64,000 nucleotides of DNA from Macrostomum lignano (lineage: Eukaryota): positions 62,001 to 126,000 of the forward strand of contig NIVC01001376.1 in the NCBI GenBank assembly GCA_002269645.1, read 5' to 3'. The translations under genes were made by a program, and so were the position numbers. Shown one piece after another: positions 34,466-46,666 of the stretch. Within the stretch, counting starts at the first letter, position 1. The number at the start of each line of letters is the position of its first letter. The notes beneath the pieces were generated by a model that saw only the letters and a program-made list of their open reading frames with translations, ran no database searches and had not been told where the DNA came from.

Positions 34466-36422
34466 TTAAAACAAAGCGTACATCGCCAGGTTTAGGCGAC
34501 CTACATTTCGTTGCCGTCGCAGCGCACCACTGGTAGTCCCGAGGTCGTCATAGTTTAGGACGCTACCGTCGTCAGAATGTATAGTTGCTACCCAGTGCGC
34601 ACGCTCTGCTTGAAAGTATGTCGAGCAGAACAGTCTTTATCTGAAAAATATTTAGTTGTACATAACATAATGATACATTTAATTTAATAAACAAGTTACT
34701 TATTGAACAAAAATGAGTGTCTATTTCTAGTAAAGTCAATATCTAGAACCGCAAATGTGTTCTCCGTCTGACAGCATAAAAATTGTACTCGTAGCTTGTT
34801 GATCGATAAGTAAAATAATATTGATCGACAGTGTATATAAGAACTACTAGTACTTGACACTTCCTTTTTCGGGTCCAGCACAGCAGCCCTGCATTAGCTA
34901 GCTGACACAAGTAATCAGACGATAGTAGAGTACATATATAGAGTGCAAGAACTCACCGAACAGGGCTGTTCCGAAAGGGAGTTACCTATCGTTCTCCCAA
35001 TGAGACTCGAACAGTTCTATTGACAGAGTCGGGTACAGCAACAACAAGCAGCGGAGGCAATTCTGAGGAGTACGTCGGTGGCAATACATCTCGCAAACTG
35101 TTGCAGTGGCAGCATTCGCGAACGCCAGACTCACGGAAAACAGTGCAGATAAAGCTGTAGGGTGACTCGATTGGCCCTTCCTCGTGTTGGATTACAAGCC
35201 CAGAAAAAAATGATTCCAGTTGTCGATGGCGGCAGGCATCGTTGCGGCAGATGCTTCTAATCAGGAATAAATGGCTATTTCCAAGTAACTCCAGAACTAT
35301 GTCCAGTTCGCTGCTTTCGAGATTTCCGTCAACGATGCTGCTACCGTTTCGCCGCTAACGCAGAAAGCCTTTGCGCCAGAATGACTCTGTTTGTACTATC
35401 AGTGTAGCACAGGCATGCATGGCTTCTTGATCGGTGCGGCTAGCGGTAGCTTCTCTGCAGTACCGGCCTAGCCGATGAAGCTCTTGAAGTCGAGACGCCA
35501 AAATGGCTTTACGGAATGTCTCGCGATCTCTATATGCAAATGCAATACCAGTGAGGAACCCATCAACAGTACAAGTGTTGTGCAGCATTACTGTTACGAG
35601 TTTCCCATTAAAAGGTACACTGGTCGAGCGGCCACCATTTTTTAGAAGAGTAAATTGTTCCTGGGCATGATTTGTTAGGTCTCGAAGGAGAACACACGTC
35701 GTAGCTGCAGTGTAGCGTCCTGAAGTGACCCTTCGTTTTTTATTAACTACCTCGGAGCTCAGCGGAAGTTTCTTCAGTCGCTTCGTGGTCATTTAGCATT
35801 GATGTGAAAGGGTTCCTGAAAGAACGGGAGCCCTGTAAGTTAGAAATACGAGCATCGCCATCAATTTCAGGCTGATCGGGGTGACTGGAACTGGGATTCT
35901 CTGACTGCTCGTCAGCGTGACTGGAAGTCTCTGGCTGCTCAGAGTGACTGAAACTGGAGTTCTCTGACTGCTCGTCGGCGGTGTGACTGGAAGTCTCTGG
36001 TTGCTCAGGGTGACTGGAACTGGAGTTCTCTGACTGCTCGTCGGTGTGACTAGAAGTCTCTGGCTGCTCAAGGTGACTGGAACTGGAGTTCTCTGACTGC
36101 TCGTCGGCGGTGTGACTGGAAGTCTCTGGAAGTTCCATAAAGATCCGATGCAACCCCCGCAGGAACCGATTTTGGTTAGCCAAGAAGTTCCTCATGGAGC
36201 TGTCCCGACCCCCGTGAAGCAGAGCCATCTGCGACTTGATTCGTTAGTGCCATCAAGACCAAGTAAATCAGCAAGTCTCTGAAGTATGCCATTCGCATTA
36301 CGCCAGGTAGGAAGCCCAGCAGAAAACTCAGCAACATCAACCTGACCAGATACAATGACCTTCTTGATGTCTTCCAGGGTCACTGAGCTAGTGAACTTCA
36401 TGGTAAGTGACAATATCGACAA
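34466..36422 (-). pseudogene. Internal gene 2: NOF-like protein fragment with a USP/papain-fold cysteine protease domain, frameshifted
   Basis: Cys box LLKNG..MLHNTCTVDGFL..AFAYRD (NTC at 35579-35571); Zn-like CRNDAC and ECCHC; ELPPLLVV; His box [Y/*]RLFCSTYFQAERAHWVATI..VLNYDDL (His 34597-34595, YDD 34552-34544)..LAMYALF*. Confidence 0.65.
35880..36130. repeat. 51-54 bp coding tandem repeat, about 4-5 copies (PETSSHT(A)DEQSENSSSSH)
   Basis: Recurrent gtgactggaactggagttctctgactgctcgtc. Confidence 0.88.
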
Positions 36423-36525
36423 TCAATTGAAGGGCCTGAAATGGAATAATCATAAAGGCTTTGTATGCATCCTTGAGTGTCAATATGATACACATCACAG
36501 AAACATAAAAACGTTAATTTTCGTT

Positions 36526-38595
36526 TTTATATGATATGCATTACTCAGATATGAAAGGACATGAGTGGAAGTAGCAGATATTGACAAGAAACATGAAAAA
36601 CATGAATTATCATGTTTATATGATATACATTACTCAGATATGAAAGGACATGAGTGGAAGTAGCAGATATTGACAAGAAACATGAAAAACATGAATTATC
36701 ATGCTTATATGATATACATTACTCAGATATGAAAAGACATGAGTGGAAGTAGCAGATATTGACAAGAAACATGAAAACATGAATTATCATGTTTATATGA
36801 GATCATTACTCAGATATGAAAAGACATGAGTGGAAGTAGCAGATATTGACAAGAAACATGAAAACATGAATTATCATGTTTATATGAGATCATTACTCAG
36901 ATATGAAAGGACATGGGTGGAAATAGCAGATATTGACAAGAAACATGAAAAACATGAATTATCATGTTTATATGATATACATTACTCAGATATGAAAGGA
37001 CATGAGTGGAAGTAGCAGATATTGACAAGAAACATGAAAAACATGAATTATCATGTTTATATGAGATCATTACTCAGATATGAAAGGACATGAGTAGAAA
37101 TAGCAGATATTGACAAGAAACATGAAAAACATGAATTATCATGTTTATATGATATACATTACTGAGATATAAAACTTAAAAGGGCACGAGTGGAACTAAC
37201 ATGGAAGCACTTGATGTTGAGTGTATATTATACACAGAGACAGATTTTGTGAATATGAGTCATCTATCAAATATATAATTTGGAGATTGATATAATTATT
37301 TTTGTTATTTATTTAAAGAATATATTACATTCTAGACCTGTAACTCAAACAATTATATAAAAAATGAGCCATAGCTATATGTATGTTAATTAAAAAAAGA
37401 CTAAAAGTTTTGCCTATTGAACTTCTTTTTTTCAAGTTAGCTAAGAATTAGTAAAAGAAGCATTCTAACTATATCGAAGCTAATGGTAATACTTAGCTTG
37501 TAAGGCCTAACTTGTAAATAGAATAGAAATAGAAATAGAAACTAGAAAATAGATTGTAAATAGCTACTAGAAATTTGTATTTTTTAAATATCAATAGCTA
37601 GTCTAGCTATTAGGCCTAGTATTATTATTACTTTGTTAATTGTATAGAAAAGTGACAATAAAGTTGGATTTAATATAAAGCTCCTCTAGTTGCATGCATC
37701 ATATTCTGAATAAATTTGAGTCATACATGACATAATTCATAAGAAGGTGCATATGTAGAATTCTGTATGTATAGCCATAGCTAGCTATTATTGTTTGAAA
37801 TATTAGTATTACTGAGTGTTAATATACATATAGGCATAGATATAGATTATAGAATATATTGAGTGATTTGATTACAATCTTAAAGTGACAATTGTCATGC
37901 CAGTTTTTAATATTTCTAAAGGACACACAATTACATATCCATCAACATGGGCATTGTCACATTGATAGTAATTTATGAATTGGTCCATTAGTCTATTAGT
38001 AGACAAGCTTTGCAACAATTTAGAATTTAATTTTTTACGATTGCAAATTCGTAATCTCGACTGTAAGTCGTAATGACAGGTGTCTAAATGACAATCAAGT
38101 TATTTCACTTCGCCACTCAGTTGGAAATTGTAGGGCATGTACAGAAATTTACATATACAGTAAAATTTTGACCCTGCTTCTTTTTACCGCATTGGGGCAT
38201 TAGCCGCTAGTCAAGAAAATGGTTGGGGCACGCTTTTACCTATTGGAATGCTGAATTTCAAACTAAAGGTCGCACTTCTCTAATAAATAAAAGCCAATGA
38301 ACCAAAGTTTATTGTGCTTATTAAAGTTAAGACTTGCATCTAACTTTTTTTTCCATTTGGGGCACAATTATACTGCGCCAATACAGAGCAATTCTCTAGC
38401 CCCCTTCCAGCCGCCCTTCAGCCGCCCTAAAGCCAACTTTCACTGCCAGATTTTCATAGAAACAGCATCGACCATGCGAAACATGTTTTGGGGCAATCAA
38501 TTAAGAGCATATGTGATTCATTTTTATAAAAATTACACCTGGGGCACTCATTTAAAATTTCGGTGCGGCTGGAAGGCGGCTACGGACATGTCAGT
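36526..38595 (-). repeat. Right inverted arm: 7 units of the 87-89 bp minisatellite (36541-37158) plus about 1.44 kb unique sequence
   Basis: Unit starts at 36541, 36630, 36719, 36806, 36893, 36982 and 37070; reverse complement of the left arm. Confidence 0.93.
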
Positions 38596-41293
38596 ACAAA
38601 TAGAATAGGCCTATGACAAAAGCCTTAGGGTCAAGTCTAACATTAGCCTTTGGACTAAATAGCCAGGCCAAAGTTAGACCTAGCTAGACCTACATAAACC
38701 CTCCTATCTTAGATATTATATTTAGCTTAAGGCCTTTGATTTCCTTTGGCTTTTCATGTCCATTTAAAAAAATAGATAGATTAAACAGTTTTCTACTGAT
38801 TATATTAAGGCACACTGGTATATACGGCTATTCAGGACAGTAGGCCTGTAGAAAATTTGTGTACCAACCAAAAAGTTATATAGTTTATAATAGTAAATAG
38901 TTCTTGTACTTAACAAGAAGCTAAACATAGTAAGAATTTTATAAGTGGCTGCAAAGACATGATGCGGCTGATGCCCTATACTATAGCATGACCTAAACAA
39001 TGCACCGAAATATTACGCCTGTTAATAGTTCAAAAAAATATAGGTGACTACACTTCAAAAACTGGAGATTGTTCTGCATTGAGAAAAACACGCGTCATTT
39101 TAACAAGCTGTTTTATTATTTAGAAAATTCATCTCATGCCTTGAATAATTTAGGATTTTATAAAATAGGCATCTATATATAAATTAAGCTAAAAGTATTA
39201 ATACGTTTTTAAAACATATTTAGAGCCTATCCATCCTTGTTTTTAAATCTAGAACATGGATTTCAGTGATTTGCTTCTGTATGTTTTCCATGCAGATTGC
39301 GACCATGTAGAATCACCATTAATTCTTTTGTCGAAAAAATACAGTAATCACAGTCGATTAGTTATTTATTTGCATCTTTATAGTCTATAATGCAATTTTT
39401 AAATAAAATTACCACAATGTCTGACATTTCTTAAAATCCATGTTACAATATGGAATCGATATGGAATCCACTTACTAAATTTCACTGGGAGCCTCGACTC
39501 CAGCATCCAGCTCACCTTCAGATTCTGCAGCTGCTGAAGACCCCCTAGGCCTCGTCCTCTTCAATGTAGAGTCAATGACTTGACTCAAGTGAGCTGATAG
39601 CAGACTCCGGCGGGTTCCCTTTTTCTGCTGGCTTTTCTTTTTCCTCTCTTTGCTCTTCTTGATGGCGCGGATTACCTTCCAGCGGTTGCTTTCTTGTTTT
39701 CTTTTGTCATCGCTGACGATCCTATCCTCCGGTCCTCTGCAGTGCTTAGCCGTCCCCAATGCACAGAGATAGGGCTCATATCTCCGCAGTGTATTCTTCT
39801 CTATACTTTTGCAGTGCCGCCTATCTCCCCAGTGCTAGTGCGGCAGTATCATAATTCGCCCTACTACTTGTATTTTTCAGACTGCACACCGCATTCACAC
39901 TGGGCTGTTAAACAGGACTGATGCTAGGCAAAAGTCGAACTGCAGGTGCAATAGAGTCTACTTCCTGTTCGTTAGGTTGTGTGCTGCAAGCGGCTGGTGA
40001 TGAGGGCCTAGCAGGGAGGGTGACAGGACGTAAGCCTGAGAAGGCCCATCAGAGTCCCCATCCTGATTCCAGGCCTGGGAATCCTGCGGAGTACCAGCCA
40101 ACGTAGTCTCACCGTCATCGTAGTCACCGTCATTGGAAAACCCGTCAAGGTCAGATATCAGAGACTCGGTTATCAAGGAATCCAGACGCCTCGCACAGTT
40201 GATGGGGCCCCTCGACATAGCTTTGCTAGTAGTGCTAGTAGAGTGAGTAGTTCGTTGCGAGTCGCCGGAATTGATGCTGGAATAAATGTAAGGAGATTTT
40301 ATTTCGCCCGAATAAAATGTAAGACGGTCACAAAAAGATAGTGATCATTGATGATGTCAGCCTACCATGTAACGCAATTGGCCGTTGAATGTGACCATAT
40401 CCCACACCTATCGTTATATGAGTAGTTGTTTACATCTAGCTATCGTGAGTGGGTTCTAGATCTGTTAGAAATGGATTCCACGGGTATTAAATATGATTGA
40501 TGCCATATCAGCTTTAAAGCTAGGAGCTTCCATTGAAGAGATTATATTTGGCGATTATTGTTCTGGGATGTTGGCCCTCAGTGTGTTTCTGTAAAGCGTG
40601 TAGAACAAAGTAAATTGAACTAAATACGGAAACAAACCATACGTTATATACTTCACATTTCCAGGTTAGAAATTAAAGTCAAAATTTATTTTTAAACAAA
40701 GGTAATGGCATCAATAAGCTGGAAAAAATAATACAAGCAGTGGCAACTAGCTATCCCGTATAAAACGAAATGGTCAGAAAACTGGCTGTGGCCGTCCCAC
40801 TTGTGACCGATGTCCGTATCGCTGGAGACTGTTTAATGTGACCATTTGTGTTCATGAAAATAAGGTCGCATGTTACTGTCCACTGTGACCATGCTTTGTG
40901 AACTTTTTGGTCAGGGTCACACCGCTACCGTTTAACTGTGACCGTATTTATGACCATTTTGTTCAAGGTCAAAATTAGTAACAAGAAACTAATCTATATA
41001 TTTAAACAAGCAGTTAAAACCCGTGTATTTTTAACCCGGGGAATTCCAATCCGCGGAACTATTTTTGCATGTATTCTGAAATCTGAGGTCATACTTGTTA
41101 TATACTTGTTACTTGTTAACAAAAACTTGTTAATAGTTAGTAGAATAGACGAAAAAATAAAATGGAGTACAATCGTGCAAAATAAGGATTTGAAGCAAAC
41201 AGTTGAAATTGTTGGCTGGGGTGCTGCGGAGAATTTCGGGCTATGTCTGTCTGACTCTAAAACATGTATTGGCAAACTCTGGCCTCTGCCTCT

Positions 41294-43039
41294 CCCAGTG
41301 TCTTACGTGCCGGCATAATGCCGGCATGTTATGCCGGCATAATTCCGGGGCAAATGTCGTGGTTGAAGTCCGGCATAATTCCGGCATGAGATGCCAGCAC
41401 AATATGCTCAATATATGCCACTGATATGCCATTGTAATTTTGGTGTACATTTATTGTGATGTAGCAAAATCAGTACGAGAATCAATAACTTATAAAGAAC
41501 TCAAACCACAAGGCTATCAATAAAAATCTTTTATAACAATTTAAGCGAATTGGGCATAAAACAGCTAGTGTGCACAAAAATGGTATTTTTGCAGCTAATG
41601 CTAAGACAGATATATTTGACTCCGTAGAGCATAAATAAGAAAACAGTAAGTGGACAACAACAAATACAACAATTATTGCATGTATTGCATCTTGCACGTG
41701 TACATAGGATAGAGCACAATTAAAGAGCGACGAAAAAAACTAAAAAAATAAAACCTTTTAAGTAAAATAACAAAATGAGTGCACATTAGAGCTTTTCAAC
41801 AAAATCGCATTTTTACGAGCTAGCAATTGTAGCGGAAATAAATTACTTTAGGCATTGACGTTTGATATAATGTTCGGGGAAAAAAGCATTACAAGTACAA
41901 CAATTTTTGCATGCGTGTACGCGTGTCCACGTGTACATACTGGTAGGGTAGAGCACAATTAAATAGCAAATGAAGGAGGCAAACAAAAGAAAGTTAAACA
42001 AAAACTACGAAGTAAAATGACAAAAAATAAAGTGCAAATTAGAGTTTCAAACAAAATGCGTATTTTAGCAATTGTTGCGGAAATAAATTTGTTCCGGACA
42101 TATCAACTTTAGGTATCGACCGTTTAACATAATGTTTGAGAAAATAAAAAAATTATAAGTACAACAATTTTGCATGCATAGTGCACGTGTACATAGAGTA
42201 GAGCACAATTAAATAGCAAAGGAAGGAGGCAAACATAAAGATGTTAAACAGAAAGTACTAAAACCTAAGTAAAGTGACAAAAGGTATATAACAAGGTATC
42301 AAGGTATATCAAGGTATATAACATACCGCTGTGTTTTAAAAACAAGCAGAATGATTAAGTTAAAAGCACTAAACTATAACTTCTATAAGTAAAACTATTC
42401 CAATGATATGTAGGAAATAAAGCATAATAAAAACAATTACTAGTACTCAGCACAAGTGCATGTTGACAATTCGTGCGTGCGCGATTATGTTTTGAATTAG
42501 TGGGACCCTAGAGGTAATTAAATCAAAATGTATTAGCAGTTTATCTAAAATGCGTTTTGTTTATTTCTGAATTTCTATATTATTAGTTTCTAATACTTTT
42601 TTCAACTTATTTGTCAAAGACAACAAAAGAAAACAATATTTTCATTTCTAAATAACGTACGGTCGGTCTGTATAAGAATTTCCTGGGCATATACATGCCT
42701 AAAAAATACCACAGAAAATTCTTATATAATGTATCATAAAAGATAACAATTTTTTTAAAAACATAATAGACTGTTCGTTTTTCAGCAAAATAAGTTTCTT
42801 TTCCACTGGCACCTTTTATGCACCACATGCTCATTTCATGCTGCGGCATGAGATCCCCGAAATATGCCCTGATTGTGCCATGGCCAATTTATTTTTTAAA
42901 ACCTTCTAATTGCTGAAATTAGTTCTCAATCCGATCACTTGTACCTCCGCGCCTTATTTTAGGAAAAAAAGTTTCATGCCTTGATTATGCCAGCATGTTG
43001 GCATAATGCCGGCATAATTCTGGTATGTGAGACACTGGG
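41294..43039. mobile_element. Non-autonomous EnSpm-like element (CCCAG...CTGGG, 1.75 kb)
   Basis: TIR CCCAGTGTCT(T/C)AC; subterminal ATGCCGGCAT repeats at both ends; 2-bp TSD CT (41292-41293 and 43040-43041); three degenerate internal copies of about 245 bp (tagagcacaattaaa near 41710, 41950 and 42200). Confidence 0.82.
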
Positions 43040-43079
43040 CTGACTCTCCCTACGTCCCTTGGATCCTTTGAAACTTTTA

Positions 43080-43500
43080 TGTCCTGTGTTCCCTTTTTCT
43101 TCTTTTTCCTCTCTCCTCTCTCCTCTCCTCTCCTCTCTCCCCTCTTCTCTCGTACCTTCCCTCATCTCTCTTCTCTTTCATCTTTATCTCATCTCATCTC
43201 TTCTCTCTTCTTTTCTTTCTCCTCTCCTCTCTCCTCTCTACTCTTTTCCCTCTTCTCTCCTCTCTCCTCTCTCCCCTTCTTCTTTCGTCTCTTCCCTCAC
43301 CTCTTCTCTCTCGTCTATGATTTCTCATCTCTCATTTCTCTTCTTTTATCATTTCTCTCTCTACTCTTCTCATTTCTCTCTGCTCTCGTAGCTTTTCCTG
43401 TCTTGTTGCTCTGCTGTGTCAGCGCCTTCGAGGTTGAGCCTCTCCCTCTCATTCTCCCTCTCTCACTCTCATTATCTCTCTCTTTCTCTTTCTCTCTCTC
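43080..43500. repeat. CT-rich low-complexity tract
   Basis: Almost purely pyrimidine on the plus strand. Confidence 0.95.
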
Positions 43501-43999
43501 TAGCTCTCTAACAAAATACTTCAGGCTAAAGCAAATTAAGAGTTACTCAAGCGAATATGGGTTCCCCCTCCAAAGTCAATTGAGTACTTGCCCACAACGC
43601 TACTCGGTAGGACGAATCGAATGCAAACTGACGGTGCCATCGATCCAGCGGCTTGGACTCCTGCTGATTGTTTAGACTTTGGTACCACCGGTGGAGAAAC
43701 AGGTTCGAATTCTCGTAGGAGATCAGACAGGCTGGCATCCGCCATCATTTCAGCCATTTTTTCCAGCGACTGGAACAGGCCTGTGTGGTGGCTGCTGCTC
43801 GAGCGTGGCTTTTTCATTCGTCTCCTCCGGCTCCAACTCGTGCTCTTCAAAGAAAGCCGTGTCCAATTCATGCGGAGAAAGCCGTGTCCAATTCTGGCGG
43901 AGCAACGAAATCAGCGGCAGCACCATCAACGTTATAGCTATTTACCGGCGTCTGAAGACCGAGAGCAACAGCCGCTGGAACGTCAACGCTAGCAGCTTG

Positions 44000-44860
44000 A
44001 TGGTCGATGCCGGCATGTCCAGGAGCAGCAGCTGGACGGTCGATGCCGGCAGGTCCAGGAGCAGCAGCCGGATGGTCGATGCCGGCAGGTCCAGGAGCAG
44101 CAGCCGGATGGTCGATGCCGGCAGGTCCAGGAGCAGCAGCCGGATGGTCGATGCCGGCAGGTCCAGGAGCAGCAGCTGGATGGTCGATGCCGGAAGGTCC
44201 AGGAGCAGCAGCTGGATGGTCGATGCCGGCAGGTCCAGGAGCAGCAGCTGGACGGTCGATGCCGGCAGGTCCAGGAGCAGCAGCTGGATGGTCGATGCCG
44301 GCAGGTCCAGGAGCCAGGAGCAGCAGCTGGATGGTCGATGCCGGCAGGTCCAGGAGCCAGGAGCAGCAGCTGGATGGTCGATGCCGGCAGGTCCAGGAGC
44401 AGCAGCTGGACGGTCGATGCCGGCAGGTCCAGGAGCAGCAGCCGGATGGTCGATGCCGGCAGGTCCAGGAGCAGCAGCCGGATGTTCGATGCCGGCAGGT
44501 CCAGGAGCAGCAGCTGGGTAGTCGATGCCGGCAGGTCCAGGAGCCAGGAGCAGCAGCTGGGTAGTCGATGCCGGCAGGTCCAGGAGCCAGGAGCAGCAGC
44601 TGGATGGTCGATGCCGGCAGGTCCAGGAGGGTCTATGAAATTTGCTTGCGAGAAGTTTGCTTGCCAAAGTTTGCTTGCGGGACTTTTGCTTGCGGAAATT
44701 TGCTTGCCGAAGTCTGCCTGCCGAATTTTGCTTGCGGAATTGAGCCAGGAGCAGCAGCTGGATGGTCGATTCCGGCAGGTTCAGGAGCAGCAGCTGAATG
44801 GTCGATGCCGGCATTGTTAGGAGCAGCAGCAGCAGCAGCTGGATGGTCGACGCTGGCAAC
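44000..44860. repeat. 36/45-bp GC-rich tandem array, about 20 units, interrupted by a 112-bp insert at 44630-44741
   Basis: Unit ggtcgatgccggcaggtccaggag(ccaggag)cagcagc(t/c)gga. The insert is made of tttgcttgc(g/c) repeats and is flanked by GAG. Confidence 0.92.
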
Positions 44861-45859
44861 ATCAGCTGGATGCTGATCTGCAGCAGCAAGTGCAGCGGAA
44901 ATCAAATCAAAATTAGTACATATAGTTGAAATCATCGCAGATTGATTTCGTACACCTTGAATCGTCTGGCTCAGGGTGCTGACCGGGGCTCGATGACACT
45001 CGATCATGTTGAGTTGCTCCTGGTGGTGGGCGGCCTCCAGTACAGTAAAGCGGACTCGTAACTTTAAATTTATATTTCTCATATGCAAATATTTAGCGTC
45101 TTATGTACCCACTTCAACCAAATCTGTTAATAAAAACTGCCGCCATGTTTTCAGCTTTGCTATGTTTACAGTCAGCCACCCAATGTCAAATGTGTCCTTA
45201 CTAACACAGTCTGTTAGAGCTAAGATTTAGTTGGCTAATCTAACTTAGTACTTAGGAGCAGTGCTCAACTAAGACTCAATAGTTACTATAACTAGTCATG
45301 AACTAATAGTCTGTCAGGCACACCGGGCCGATCTTACAAGACAATACTAAACTGGAGCACACAGTCCGGGCTGAATTGCAAACTCGGGGCAACCAGGAGA
45401 GCAGAAATTCAAATTGGTGCGCGCGTTATTTACCGGTATATACCCGCAGAACAGTGCATTAAAACAACTGGTGGGCCTCTTGGCACAACGTTACGGTATC
45501 CTATTCGTTTTCGCGTGTGCATGAGTTCCCAGTGAATTAATTGCGCACGTTAGTATACTCACTTGAGTCATTAGTAATAAATAATAATTCGCGTAGTTAA
45601 CGATGAATTTCAGGAGCCCTACCACAATTATAGCACATTATTATCAATAGGAGCACAATAGATCATCCTGAGGCTATAATATAACTTATAAAAATTATTA
45701 GAGCACAACCTTGGTGGTAGTTGAGTTACTAATGTCTAATTTTAATTCCCGCAATTAAGTTAAGTCAAAACTGACTCATCTGGTGATTAAACTGCTGGAT
45801 AATTAATAATCAAAGGTCTAAGGCGGTTTGGGTTGGCTCTATAGCATACAGGGAAATAT

Positions 45860-46174
45860 TATTTGGTCCAATAGCACCGGAACACGATTATGAGGCAAGC
45901 CGAGCGCGAGGAGGGAGAGGAAGAGCCTACACCAAAAAAACGAAACTCCCGCACCCAAAACCGCGCCAAAACTGACCTACTAAAACCTCCAAACCTACTG
46001 CAAAACGTGGTAACCAAAATAGTAGAACAGTAGATAAAATAATAGACAGAATTTTTCCTAGAACTGAACATAAAAGCGCTTTCCCCCTAACTCGATATTA
46101 ATTACAAAAAATCAATTTAAGTACAAAAAAACGGATAGAAACTAAAAATGTTATAGCATAATGACATCGTCACA
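45860..46174 (-). repeat. Probable degenerate LTR relic related to the Gypsy-2 LTR
   Basis: Ends atagaaactaaaaatg..atgacatcgtcaca versus atagaaactaaaaatt..acgacgtcgtcaca in the Gypsy-2 LTR. The other boundary and a TSD were not found. Confidence 0.45.
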
Positions 46175-46265
46175 ACGAGTGTATTTATCAGATACTATAT
46201 CTGTCTCACGATGGATTAACTTGAGTAAGCAAAAAGTAGTTTATCAAGCCAATTGTTCATAGTCA

Positions 46266-46653
46266 TGTGGCGTAGACGTAGCGAGTTTGAGATTTAGTAA
46301 GCGATTATTTAATTAATTATTTATTTAATTATTTATTCGTTAGCTAGTTCAATTAGTAGTAGTGTTGACACGCAGGGCACGAGACAAAACGCCGAGTAGA
46401 GGAAAGTACAATTAACGAGCGCGAGGCAACATTTAAATTGGCGGGGAAATCCGATTCATTTAAACCTAAGATATCTATCAAAAAAGTAGTACTAACTTGG
46501 ACTTAAATAAATAAAACTTAAAGTACATTTTTTCTAAATAAATTACATTAAATTAATAGCTAGGGAACCTGCAAATTAATCAACTACAATAATTTTAAGT
46601 AATAAAAACTCACATAGAAACTAAAAATTTAAGATGCTAACGACGTCGTCACA
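46266..46653 (-). repeat. 3' LTR of Gypsy-2
   Basis: I saw only two substitutions relative to the 5' LTR. Confidence 0.97.
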
Positions 46654-46666
46654 CTCGCCCCTTTAT
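46654..46666 (-). promoter_or_regulatory. Polypurine tract of Gypsy-2
   Basis: Minus strand ATAAAGGGGCGAG abuts the LTR TG. Confidence 0.78.

Larger units (their letters stand above)
29968..38595. mobile_element. Foldback / MULE-NOF-like DNA transposon (8.6 kb) with very long terminal inverted arms
   Basis: Arms 29968-31763 and about 36526-38595 are near-identical reverse complements. Flanking duplication is ACAAATAGA (9 bp), or TACAAATAGAA (11 bp) if the terminal A/T pair is assigned to the target. Confidence 0.92.

Noticed and set aside
31410-37158. 88-bp arrays as CRISPR-like repeats
   Set aside because: The units are contiguous and near-identical with no unique spacers, there are no cas genes, and the context is eukaryotic.
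29949-38608. Twin 103-105 aa ORFs (29949-30266 minus, 38297-38608 plus)
   Set aside because: They are mirror copies inside the inverted arms, have no recognisable domain and run out across the element ends.
39475-40300. Minus-strand ORF fragments with acidic and basic patches
   Set aside because: They may be a decayed transposon ORF, but I recognised no motif to support a call.
43059-43675. Leu/Ser-rich membrane-like ORFs
   Set aside because: They are translations of the CT low-complexity tract.
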